A stretch of 64,000 nt of DNA. Source: Cycas panzhihuaensis. Taxonomy: Eukaryota > Plantae > Cycadophyta. Below, piece after piece: positions 39,092 through 50,872 of the stretch. The notes beneath the pieces are model-generated. The model had not been told where the DNA came from. It worked only from the letters and a program-made list of their open reading frames with translations, and ran no database searches. The translations under genes were made by a program, and so were the position numbers. The DNA lies in NCBI GenBank assembly GCA_023213395.1, contig CM041465.1:137585741-137649740 (forward strand), written 5' to 3'. How positions within the stretch are numbered: position 1 is the first letter of the stretch; each line of letters starts with the position of its first letter.

Positions 39092-39886
39092 CAAAAAGAC
39101 TCTCTGAGAGTAATGTGGCCATTCATTTTGTAGTTAGCACGACTGTCAGAAGTCTAGCAAGAGTCTTGCTTATTCGGTGTTGATTTGAAAATTTGGCATA
39201 GCAAAGAGTGAAGCTGCTGCTGCATTGAAATAAATAAATAAGACTTAGAAAAGAGATGTTCCACCTTCAGTTTCCAGAGGCAAAATTGTGTTGTTGATAC
39301 TTGTTGGTGATGTTGTATATTTATACACGGACTTTCTATTAGCATTCAAAACGTTTTAAGGTGCATTTGTATGTTGTGAAGTATTGGGATTTCCTATTGT
39401 AGATGTTCACACTGAGCAATTGTGTTTTCGGGCATTTACTGAAAATGAAACCCGCAAAAGATTTTGAGTGCAAACAGTTATTTTCATGAGGAAATGTTTT
39501 GCTAAAGCGGGGATTGAAATATACTATTTGACATTTCCATGGAAGATTTGGCCCAAAACTTATTTGCGGAGGCAAGTAGGGTATACAGAGCTGTGTAGTA
39601 TTAATTCACAGTTGCACAAGTTACATGATACTTCAAAATCATCACACAATATTTTGTGAGGGGCAGCTTTTAAATACTGTGTTTTAATTCAAAATCTGAT
39701 CTGTTTACATAGAAAATTTAAAATATGACAGGTTATAAAGAAAATTCGGAAATATATAGACCTACAAAATAAAATAACAATTCTCTACATAGAAATAGAA
39801 ATAGAAATGGAAGTATATTAATGTTCTCAAATGATCGAAACAGTCAATGGTACTGGAGAAAAGATGTCCTGCATACAATACATGGA

Positions 39887-40107
39887 TAGGGAGTGTGCAG
39901 AACTTCTCCAATCTAAACCCATCTAAGACCATCTAGTGATGCACATATGAGCAATAACAATAACAATATATTGGCTAAATAAAGTAATACACAAATTCGT
40001 CAATAGGGAGTATGTAGAGCATCTCCAGTGTAAGCCTGTCTAAGACTACCCAGTGATGTATGTATGAGCAATAACAATAACAATGTCTTGGCCAAATAAA
40101 GCAATAG
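39887..40107. repeat. Two diverged tandem copies of a ~117-bp unit
   Basis: TAGGGAGT...TATGAGCAATAACAATAACAAT...AAATAAAG occurs twice. Confidence 0.85.
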
Positions 40108-40679
40108 ATTACTTTGAATGCCGTAATCTCTACATGAGAGATCCTAGAGTTTGATAAGGTTGATACAAGAGGTGTCTCTCATCCTTTATCATGATCTGAA
40201 AACCCTAATGATCTCGTCTTCTCCATCAACTCCTCTGAAGTTCTGTATCACCCATTGTATAAAATCATTGAGTGAGCTGTCGATGAATTGCTATTACAGT
40301 ACCTTGAGGGGTGATTCCCTTTGATGCCAAGATGTGTTTTTCCCAACATGGAAGGCCAAAGTCTACAAAGGTTTTAATTAAGGACTGGTAGAAGTTTGCA
40401 AAATGTGCGAGAGGAGACCTAGCAGAGTTGCCTTGATATGAACCTTTGGACTCTTTACACCTTGGTCTGGTAGTCGTTGTCCCTTTATGTGGTGGCCTGC
40501 TATAAATTGCAAATGTGTGAGGTGGATTAGAGATTTGAGTATGTGAACAATGTTTGATATGCTGTTGATTGTCTTGAGAGACTGAAGGGCATTTTGTCCT
40601 GATGCAATAGTCATTGAGCCAAAAAATGATGTAATAATTAACTGCATACTAGAGGGGTTGCAGCTATTCAAGAGTCATT

Positions 40680-41610
40680 TTCTCCTGAAAAACTGCTTTT
40701 GGAGAAAAAGAGCAACACACCTATGCCTTGTGTAAGAAGTCGAAGTTGGTGAGGATCCTATGGAGACTCTAAACAGGTAGTAAAATTTGTCCCTAATCTC
40801 ATAGTGTACTGGGCATCGAAAAATAAAATGATCTTCAGTCATTGGTTCCGACAAATAAAGCATGTGAATCCTCTCATTTCAAAGAATAAAATGCTGGGCT
40901 TCTACACTAAATTGGTGAGAGGACACTTCGGACTACCCCATGGGAACTACTAAACCATTCTACATATAGAGGCATATATACCATGGTGGATCAATTGTAA
41001 CATATGTAAATTTGAGAAAATGCTCATGGTAGAAAGTTTAGGACTAAGCTACTCTGTGGGAGAAATCCAAGGAACCTGGAGATATGCTTGGTAAAGCTCA
41101 TTTCTTATGGCCACATCAATCTCTTTCTCAGATAATGAGATTAGGGTTATCTAAGGGGAACTATGGGTGGAAGTTCATCACAGAAAGCCCAATCATCTGC
41201 AATACAACTGGATCTTAAATATACATACTTGGAGTTTGTTTGAGATAGATATTGTGAGGAATACTGGGCCAAAAATGGGTATCTATCCTTTCGAACACTA
41301 GACTCTGCCATCCTCCTATCCTTCAGTGTAAATGCAAAACAATCCCAAGTATGGCCACCTGATTGAAGGGGATGTGCTTCAAACTCTGCATGTGTATCAC
41401 ATGTATGCTAAGCATAGCATTTGCACTCCCTCAATCCTTGTCCATTCTAGGGAGGACAGACTTGGTTCTTACATCTCTGCTTCATGTAAAACCATAGGCC
41501 TAGCTAGAGAATCAAAGGACAGTTGCTTTGTACATATATCTTGGAAATATATTTGAAAACATTGCTTCTCTAGAAATGAAAGTGAGTCATATCCTTTATG
41601 AAATTGAGGC
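40680..41610 (-). mobile_element. LINE ORF2 3' part (decayed), interrupted by element D
   Basis: SSHQFSVEA...EPMTEDHFIFRCPVHYEIRDKF, a C-terminal Cys/His motif of non-LTR retrotransposon ORF2. Confidence 0.75.
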
Positions 41611-42159
41611 TGTGTGGTTGATTTTGTTATTACAACCACTACAAGCTGTGTGCCTCTGAGGTGCGCTTCTGATCGCTATAGGTCGCTACGGAGTCGCTAC
41701 TCGCTACAAGGTCACAGCTCTGCTACTGAGTCGCTACTTAGGCTCTGAGCCTGCTCTGGTGCTCACGAGGCTACTACGGAGTGCACGAGGTCACAGTGCC
41801 TCTGGCCGCTACAAGTCATACGGATCGCTACTAACCGCTATTCGGCAGAAGGGATGCCCGGGCGTGGCACCATGATAGTTAGGAAAGCAGTTAGGTTGTG
41901 GGAAAGAAACAGTTATGTAACGCTCTTAAAAAGAGTATAAAAGAAGAAAGAACCGCAATGTGCGGTATGTATGTACCTCAGTTTGCTTATGTTTAAGAAA
42001 GAAACACACGCGTGTAGGCGGGTCCTCAGACATCCGGCAAGCGTCTGGTTGTGAGAGGACCAGACGTGACGCCTTCTTGGAATAATTAATCCTGGATGGA
42101 CTTCTTCTAAGTGTGTGTCTTTCTCTTTGCAATTACTGAGCATGACCAAGCCGCACACA
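41611..42159 (+). repeat. 5' LTR of element D (549 bp)
   Basis: TGTGTGGTTG...GCCGCACACA, repeated at 50873-51422. Confidence 0.95.
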
Positions 42160-42162
42160 TAT

Positions 42163-42180
42163 TGGTTCCGTTGCCGGATT
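42163..42180 (+). promoter_or_regulatory. PBS of element D (TGGTTCCGTTGCCGGATT, tRNA-Glu-like)
   Basis: Complementary to the plant tRNA-Glu 3' end (...CCGGCAACGGAACCA); 3 nt after the LTR. Confidence 0.8.
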
Positions 42181-43078
42181 CCTATCAGAAAAAGATGAAA
42201 GGATAAAAGCCCTGAAGCCGCTCATGCCACCTAGGGTGAGTTCGTTAAAAAAGATAGAAACTCGGGACGAGAGAAGTAGACGCTGGGACGCGGAGAAGAG
42301 CCAGGAGGGCACGCGAAGACCCAGAGAATTAATAGACAAGAAATCGGTAAAGAAGCGAGGTTGGAAGGGGAAGCAAGAAGAAAGCCAAACCCCAGTTGCG
42401 CCGGTGGATTGTAATAAAGACGAAGAACCTCAGGAAGACACGAGTTGGCTGAAGGGAGAAAGAAGTGGGAAATTTTTGAAGAAAAACATAGTTGCAGAAG
42501 AAAGAGACGCGGAGCAGCAAGCCGCAGAAGATAGGGACGGGCGACAAGCGCAGAAGAGAGCGGAGGCGACAAGCCTTGAGAAGATAGGGACGCAGAGCAG
42601 CAAGTCGCAGAAGAGACGCGAGGCGACAAGCGCGAAGATAGAGACGCGGAGGCAAGAAGCCGTAGACGGCAGACGCGGAACATCAAGTCATCAAAGATAA
42701 AGAAGCGGAAGATAAGGATATAGAAGGAAACCTGCAAAATGGCTAGGTATGGAATAATGTTGATGTAATTCAAAAAATTGTAGGGCAGCAAGTTCAAGTA
42801 GGATTGTGCCAGAAGGGAATAGGAGGAGAGCAAACCCAATCAGGGTTGCGCCAGAAAGGACAGGAGCTGGTAGAGCAGCAGGAGGAAGGGCAGCAAACCC
42901 AATTAGGGTTGCGCCAGAGGGAAGCAAAACATTTTGGAAAGAAAAGGTGGCAACGAACCCAGTCCGGGGTATGCCAAGTAGGTGATTGGTTGCAATCTCA
43001 GAAAGAATTAAGTACAGAAGAAGTAGGAAATTCATTAAAAATCCAAAGAAGCGATGGTAGCAAATTCAAGAAAAACAT

Positions 43079-44485
43079 TTGAATGATTCACAAAAATTGA
43101 TTAACAAAGAGGGATTAAAGGGTAATGAGATAGTGCAGAAAACATACAGTTTGGAATTAAAAGAAGAAAAATTGTTGAAATTAGAAATATACAGTACCAC
43201 TGCAGCAGGTTGGGACTGTTATATTTTGCAGGTAAAAGAGGATCATTCCCATGTATTGAATCCATTGTATAGAATGACTCGTATGTTTACAGGGTCATCC
43301 TTTATTGATGAAAGCCCGGAAAGTGCAGCGTTGAGGCAGGAAGGCAACGGGGACGAACTGCATGTGATAGATCCAGCAAGACCAGGTCCTTCCGTTCCAA
43401 GAACCATGTCGCAAGGGAGTGGGGGAAGTCAAGCAATTCCTCCGTGTGTGGTGGTGCAGAATGATGCTATGTTTGGGCATCTCCAGTTCGATGGCTCGGG
43501 AGATCCTGGAGATCACCTGGCTTTGTTCTCTAATATGTTGAAAATTAAGAAAGTTAAGGATCTAGAGGAAATTAAGGCTAGATTCTTTTCTACACTGCGA
43601 GGAATAGCAATTGCATGGTACCAGTATGTTGCAGCAACAAATCCTAGTTGGGAAATGGTCCAAACAAAATTTCTGGATAGATTTCAAAGACTGAGAGATC
43701 CGATGGCGGTATTTCAGGCCCTGGAAGAAATTAGACAAATCCCAGGTGAGTCGGTTAATGATTTTGATGGAAGATTGAGAATCATATTAAATAAAATGGA
43801 TCCATTAGTTCCAATAAATCCAATGCTGTCACTTAAATATTTTGTACAAGGGTTGTTACCACATTTAAAAGAAAAAATTATGTTTCATCCCTTAAACAAT
43901 TATGAGCAAGTGAAGGAATTAGCACTGCGATTTGAAAATCAGACAAGGACAGCGTATAGTGGAATCCAGAGTGTAGGACAATCGTCCTTATGGACCATAA
44001 ATCCAGAAATTGAAAAGTTGAAGAAAGAATTGGAATTGTTAAAGCAGCAGCCCGTGGTACCACCTGCTGAAATTCAGCAGAATGATGAGATTGAAAAATT
44101 AAAGAGTGAAATAGCTAAGTTAAAACTGGAGAAAGCACGAGAAAATGTGTGGTGTCCACCCCTGCATGACAAAGAAGGGCATTTCAGAAATGAACATCAA
44201 CAGAAAGAGAAGAAATGGTGTGAAATCTGTAGGAGAGAAAATCATAACACGTGGGAGTGTTACTACAGAAATCCACCAAGGGAATCCTTTTATCAAAAAA
44301 AGGAGAATTCTTCCTTCAAACAATATAAAGGAAAGACAAAACCTGTACGTTGCCATTTGTGTTCCAGATGGGGACATTTTAGGACAGATTGTCCATTGGA
44401 GAAACAAGGGAAGGACTATATCTGTGAAGAATGTGGTCCAGCAGATCATGAATGGGCAAATTGTCCAAATAATCCTGGTTTATAA
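43079..44485 (+). CDS. gag: Gag of element D with three CX2CX4HX4C knuckles plus one degenerate knuckle (true start possibly ATG 43274)
   Basis: FDGSGDPGDH, FSTLRGIAIAWY, QIPGESVNDF; CEICRRENHNTWEC, CHLCSRWGHFRTDC, CEECGPADHEWANC. Confidence 0.9.
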   Translation: MNDSQKLINKEGLKGNEIVQKTYSLELKEEKLLKLEIYSTTAAGWDCYILQVKEDHSHVLNPLYRMTRMFTGSSFIDESPESAALRQEGNGDELHVIDPARPGPSVPRTMSQGSGGSQAIPPCVVVQNDAMFGHLQFDGSGDPGDHLALFSNMLKIKKVKDLEEIKARFFSTLRGIAIAWYQYVAATNPSWEMVQTKFLDRFQRLRDPMAVFQALEEIRQIPGESVNDFDGRLRIILNKMDPLVPINPMLSLKYFVQGLLPHLKEKIMFHPLNNYEQVKELALRFENQTRTAYSGIQSVGQSSLWTINPEIEKLKKELELLKQQPVVPPAEIQQNDEIEKLKSEIAKLKLEKARENVWCPPLHDKEGHFRNEHQQKEKKWCEICRRENHNTWECYYRNPPRESFYQKKENSSFKQYKGKTKPVRCHLCSRWGHFRTDCPLEKQGKDYICEECGPADHEWANCPNNPGL

Positions 44486-47400
44486 AATACAAACTTCAAA
44501 TCTGGCTACAAAAATTCCAGATAAGGAAAAGCCAGTTTATGTACAGACGAGAAGTGGGAGAGCCACAAACTTGACAGAGGCAACAAATTTTCCAGATCCT
44601 GAGGAAGAGAAAAGAAGACTGCAGGAAGCTGTTGATGCAATAAAAGAGGCAACGAGGACAATACAATTGAAGCAGATGCAACAAGCGAATCGATTCAAAG
44701 GAAATGTATATCAGAGAAGACCGTCGGCACAGGAGGAGCAGAATCCCTGGCAAAAGTTGCAAATAATGAAAGAATTGTTGATGGAATCAGGTATATCTAT
44801 TCCAATCTCGGTAATTTTTAAATGGTGGGAAGCTGGTTATTTTCTGCATCATATGGAAAAACCAGTATTAAGAACAACGAAGATGGATGCAATTGACCCC
44901 CGGGTCCCCATGATGTTGCTAGGAACATTGATTTGTAAAACAGTGGTGGATGGAGGGTCGGGAGTGAATGTACTTCCAGAATCCTCTTGGGTCTCTTTGG
45001 GACGGCCAAAGTTGGTTTCCCCAGATTATACAATTCGGCTAGCCAACCAATTGCAGATTCGACCCATAGGATCCTTAATTGATATTCCAGTAACGGTGGC
45101 AGGGATCACAGTGCAATTAGATTTTGCAGTTGTTAGAATGCAAGATCATAACAGAACATATCCAGCACTGTTAGGACGGCCGTGGTTGCTAGCAACAAAG
45201 GCATTACAAGATTGGGGAAGATTGACCTTTACCTTGTACTCTGCAGGAAAAAAAGTCGTATTGCCCCAATGTTCGGATGGTCCGCAGATTGAAAAGATCG
45301 AAGATGAAGATAGAATGTCCTCAACTACAGCATCAACAGCCACAACAGTAAGTCCTTGTTCGGAGACAGCCTTTCAAGCATTGAAGACTCCACCACAGGT
45401 GGCAAGCGAGACTTCATCAGCATATTTGTTGGATTGGTTGCGATCACTGGGAAAACCGGGAGACATCAAAATGTTACTTGATGGAATTATGTGCAGACAA
45501 ATCAAGTGAAGATAACAATGTGTTGGGGAAACCCCAAGAAGATAATGTGATTTTTTCTTTTAATAATATTTCAAATGATTGTTTTTATGAATTGCCTAAA
45601 AGTGTGATATGCTCTGAAGAGGATGTAAAAGAAGAAAGGAAATTCCCTAAGGTATATTCTTCCATCGAATATGGGAGTAAAGAAATACTGCAAACACCAG
45701 CATATGAGTTAAAACCAGATGGGAAGTTTATTCAGAAAGAAGAACTTCAGCTCAAGCTCATTAATGTAGGAACAGAAGATGATCCAAAGTATGTACAATT
45801 AGGTGATTATTGGGAACCTGCAATAATGGAAGAAGCTGTTTCTCTCTTTCAAGAATTTAAGGATGTCTTTGCATGGTCTTACAAAGACCTAAAGGGAATT
45901 CCCCCAGAATTAGGGGAACATAAAATAGAACTAATAGAAGGCATAAAACCAGTAAGGCAAAGACCTTACAGAATGAATCCGCGCTACAAAGAGCAGGTTA
46001 AGATAGAATTAGATAAACTTTTGGAAGCCGGATATATATTCGAAGTTGAAAACAGTGAATGGGTAAGCCCGGTGGTGGTGGTACCCAAGAAAAGTGGAAA
46101 ACTGCGCATTTGCGTAGACTATAGAGCTTTGAATAAAGCTACAAAAAAAGATCCATTCCCCATACCCTTTACAGAAGATGTATTGGAAAAGGTAGCTGGA
46201 CATGATATTTTTTCCTTTACAGATGGATTCAGTGGTTATAATCAAGTACGCATTGCACTTGAAGACCAACTGAAAACAACATTTGTTACGGAATGGGGGA
46301 CATATGCATATAGGGTCATGCCTTTTGGGCTGACAAATGCTCCTGCAACTTTTCAAAGAGTAATTTTGAACATCTTCAAGAAATTATTGGGTAAAGCAGT
46401 AGAGGTTTTTTTGGATGACTGGACTCTGTATAGCACAGTAGAGAAACATTTGTCTCAATTAAGACTAATGTTAGAATTGTGCAGAGGAAGCAGGTTATGC
46501 CTAAATCCAGATAAGTGTACCTTTTTGGTACCATTTGGCAAATTGCTAGGTCATATTGTTTCAAGAGATGGATTAAAAACTGACCCAGCAAAAGTAGAAG
46601 TAATTTTGAAATTTCCGGTCCCCCGGACACCTAAAAATTTGAAAGGGTTCCTGGGAATGACTGGTTATTACCGGAAATTTATAAGAAACTATGCGCGGAT
46701 AGCCCATCCATTAGAATCTTTGTTGAAGAAAACCGTGAAGTGGGAATGGACACTTCAACAGCAATTATCTTTTGATGCATTGAAGAAAAAGATAGTTGAA
46801 GCTCCAGTACTTAAATTTCCAGACTGGAACAAACCGTTCCATGTTCATGTTGATGCATCACTGTATGCCATTGGTTGTGTATTGGCTCAACCGGAAGATG
46901 AAAAAATAGATCTTCCGATTGCCTTTGCAAGTAGGAAATTGACATCCATGAGGCGTAACTATCTGATTCTGAACGAGAAGGATTGGGCATGGTGTATGCC
47001 TTGCAGAAATTTCGGCATTATCTGTTAGCAAACCCATTCGTATTCTTTGTGGATCATCAAGCCCTTCAGTATTTGATTAACAAACCTATTTTGCAGGGGA
47101 GAATTAGCCGCTGGCTAATGTTGTTCCAAGAATTCATGTTCAAAATTGTGGTGAAAAAAGGGGAAAAACATATTATACCAGATCAATTATCGCGCATAAA
47201 GGATAATGAAAAAGGTAAGGGAGTCTTTGATGATTTTCCAGATCATAAATTGTTCTCCATAGAAGCTGTGCCAGCATGGTATGAAGGGATTGCAGAATAT
47301 TTAACCACAGGGCAAACACCCCAAGGGCTGGAAAGAGTAGAAAGGAAAAGTTTTATTAAGAAAACTTTTCCGTTTCAATTAATAGGGGGTATGCTATATA

Positions 47401-48518
47401 AATTGGGACCTGATGAAATTTTACGAAGATGTATACTTCAACATGAAGTAGAACCTGTGCTGAAAGAGGCACACGAAGGGATAGCTGCAGCACATCATGG
47501 AGGAGAAGCCACAGCCAGGAAAATACTGACATCAGGATTATGGTGGCCTACACTGTTCAAGGATGCGGAAAAATGGGCAAGAACCTGTGATATCTGCCAA
47601 AGAACAGTGGCCGTCAAAGTAATTTTATGCCACTTCACCCAATATTGGCCCAGGCCCCATTTGAAAAATGGGGATTAGATTTTGTTGGACCAATTAGTCC
47701 ACCGGCAAGAAAAACGAATGCGAGATATATATTGGTGGCTACAGACTTTCTGACAAAATGGACTGAGGCAAAGCCAATGAAGAAGTGTGATGCAAGAAGC
47801 ACAGCTCGCTTCTTATATGAAGTTATTATTATTAGGTTCGGTTGCCCATTGGAAATAGTGTCTGATCAAGGAGGAGCTTTCCTGAATCAGACAATTAAAT
47901 ATCTAACTACAGAATTTTTTATTCAGCATCGACGATCTTCACCATATTATCCCAGAGCAAATGGGCAGGTGGAAAGTACGAATAAAATTCTGAAGATCGC
48001 TTTGATGAAAATATGCAATGGGCAACGGACTGATTGGGCAGAAAAATTACATTCAGTCCTTTGGGCAGATAGAACAGTGAAAAAGAGATCTCATAAACAG
48101 ACACCATTTCAATTGGTATATGGAATGGAAGCTGTGCTTCCTCTTGAATTTCAAGTAGGAAGTTTAAGAGTAAGTCAATGCCTCAGGAAAGATCCAGTGA
48201 CATCCCTTGACCAGCGATTGATCCAGTTGATGAAACTGGATGAAACCCGAGCACGAGCATTATGGGAGCTAAGAATCGAAAAGAAAAGACGGAAAGCATG
48301 GCACGATCGCCACATCAAAGAACCTGAATTTAAGGTAAATGATTTGGTCTTATTGTATGATAGTAAGTTCAAATTCAAACTAGGAAAAATGAAAATTAGA
48401 TGGTTAGGACCATACAGAATTCAAAGTATTTATCGAAATGGATCGGTTAGATTACAGCAATTAGATGGACAACCATTGACTAAGTTAGTCAATGGCAGCA
48501 GACTGAAAATATACAGAA

Positions 48519-48523
<5 letters not shown>
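44480..48523 (+). pseudogene. pol: Pol of element D (PR-RT-RH-INT), split by three frameshifts near 45490, 46950-47000 and 47610-47650
   Basis: VVDGGSGVN protease, FTDGFSGYNQV, VFLDDW, HVDASLYAIG RNase H with catalytic Asp, HEG...CDICQ, WGLDFVGP, GPY motif. Confidence 0.93.

Positions 48524-48554
<31 letters not shown>
48522..48554 (+). repeat. Poly(A) run directly after the pol stop codon
   Basis: Read directly from the sequence. Confidence 0.9.
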
Positions 48555-48558
<4 letters not shown>

Positions 48559-49104
48559 ATCCAGTATTAAACAAGAAACGACAAGGACAAGGTAGTAGTG
48601 ATAAGGAAGCAGATGGGATAGCAGCGGCGACAACAAAGCGGGAAAGTAGTGTTGCTGACATGGTAGGGACGTGGGCAACGGATGAATAGCAGCGGTGACG
48701 TCGGTAAAGCGGGGAAGTAGCGGTGCTGAGTTGGCAGGAACGCGGGCAACGGATGCGATAGCAGCTGCATGATAGCAGCCGTATTGAAATGACAAGGACG
48801 GCTCTGACGACGGGACAGCACTTGAGATAACATTAAGTTGAGACGTGGGAATGATGGCGCCAGCACGATGCGTAATTAAGGAAGTAACGTCGCGCCAAGA
48901 TATGATGGAAGATTAACGGCGGCTGAATTTAAAGATAGCAGTAGCGCATATTATGATTAATACGGATTCAGTTGCAACGGCCGTAACTAATAGCATTAGG
49001 TCAGACGCGTGCGCAGCGATTGAAATAGCGAGGCACCACATATAGCAGTTGAAATAGCAGGCGACCTTGTATAGCAGTTAAAATAGCAGAGACATTATAG
49101 TACT

Positions 49105-50811
49105 GTGGAAATGATGCCTCCAGTATTAGTTCGTGAAAATGATGACAGTAGAATTCGCGAGGAATGGAGGAGTATGCCGAAAGAGGACAAACGATATCAG
49201 TTGGTTTGCCAAGCGGAGCTACATCAGTTTGTGACAGTCGGGATTTTTGGCAATGCAGAGGAATTTATGCAGCGTTTACTCCCTCTGCTGGCAAAGCAAC
49301 CGCAGATAATACAAATTACAGAAGATGTAATAATGACAGTTACTGGTCTGCCAAAGAAGGGAGCAGAAATTGTTAGGGATACCATGCTGTCACGAGAAGA
49401 GGCAGCAAGGATAATGGGGGCAGCAAGCAGCGATGCGACTTCGGCGGGAATTAGAATCGCAGGGATAGAAGATGTGGGCAAACGGTTCCTTGCTCAAGTA
49501 ATTTTTTCTAAGATTATCCTCACCCAGAAGAATGCATACGCTCCAAGTAATTTGCGGACAATGCTAAACAAAGTGGCGCAAGGAGCAGTTTTTAATTGGG
49601 CAAGGTTAGTAAAACAGCGGTTATTGGATGCTTTACAAGCAATTAAAAATGCAAGTAAGCCAGTCCCATTTTACTATGTAACCATTTTACAAGGCATTCT
49701 TTTGTACCAATGTCCTAATGTGAGAATGCGGATGGAGCAGGCGGCAGTCTCCGTTAGCAGTGTGGACAAACCAGGGGGTCGGGAAATGGGAAAAGGAGCA
49801 GGTTCAAGTTGCAGATTGGGTCGAGAAGATGTATCAAGCATATGAATTAACACCTGGGACGTTCCCGCCAGCGGCAGCGAAGGGGAAGGAGAAGATGGAA
49901 CCTGGAACAAGTTCCAGGAGTGAAGCAGCGGCCACAGTAATAGAAATAGTAGATGTAGAGCAGTTGGAGGAAAGGCTTAAAGCAGATCAGGGCAGGCAGG
50001 AGACAGTAGCAGAAGAAGGACGGACAGCCGCAGCAGAAGAAGGATGGACAGCGGTAGCAGATGAAGATCGAATAGTTGCAGCAGAGAAGAAGCGGAAATC
50101 AGAAGAAGAAACTTTGGCGGAAAGAAAAAGAAGAGCAGAAGAAAGAAGACGCCAAATATTAGAGATTTTGGATAATCAACCCCCAGAGGTAGAATTCAAT
50201 ACGAGTAAGGAGGCATTAGAGGAGGGGATGGATCCAATGTTATGTGATGCACAAGACATCACAACTTGGAAAACATCCTTTTTAGCAAAAGTAACTAGAC
50301 AACTAGTTACTGAGTTGGAAAGTCGGGCAAAACCACCCGATGAATCATTAAGGCAGGTCCATCAGATCACAGTAAATAAACTAGAATCCTTGAAGGCATT
50401 TATATTAGATTGGGTGGATGATGTTCACGAGATTGGACCCCATGTAGCGGAATTTCGGAGAAGGTTCGATAAGTATATTCCATAGGACATGCAATCAGTC
50501 TATCATCGACTGGGAGCATGGATTATTCAAGCAGATGAAGACTCAGAACGTTGTAAGAACCTCTGGAAGGAACATAAGGCCTTCCGAGAACGCCTGGAAT
50601 TGATGGAAAGAGTTAATGAGGAATTAAACTAGGAAATTGAGCAATTAAAATCAGGAGAACAGCTAACATTGCCTTGGCTAAATACAATGCACGATGTCGC
50701 ATTGCTGTGTAAATACTTGAGACAAAAAGGATTAAAAATCCCCCCTCACATAATAGAACCAGAAATGGAGTATATACGCCGGGAGCGGATAAAGATACAA
50801 GAAAGGCGTTA
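49105..50811 (+). pseudogene. Extra 3' ORF of element D: PMD-like/plant-transposon-protein-like N-terminus plus coiled-coil C-terminus
   Basis: ORFs 49105-49845 and 49760-50485 joined by one frameshift; reading continues past TAG codons to about 50811. Motifs ITEDVIMTVTGLP and FNWARLV...FYYVTILQ. Confidence 0.7.
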
Positions 50812-50852
50812 AAACTAATTTTTTGTATTTTGAACGAGTATGCTACTGGTTC

Positions 50853-50872
50853 AAAATAGGGGGCGGGGAAGA
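50853..50872 (+). promoter_or_regulatory. Polypurine tract of element D
   Basis: AAAATAGGGGGCGGGGAAGA directly before the TG at 50873. Confidence 0.9.

Noticed and set aside
38879-40107. CRISPR-like or satellite array
   Set aside because: Only two diverged copies per unit, no repeat-spacer pattern, eukaryotic context.
48522-48554. Poly(A) tail of a retroposed insertion
   Set aside because: It directly follows the intact integrase C-terminus with no TSD; more likely an expanded A run.
49105-50811. Retroviral-type env gene
   Set aside because: The position fits, but there is no signal peptide or clear transmembrane anchor, and the motifs match PMD-like proteins better.
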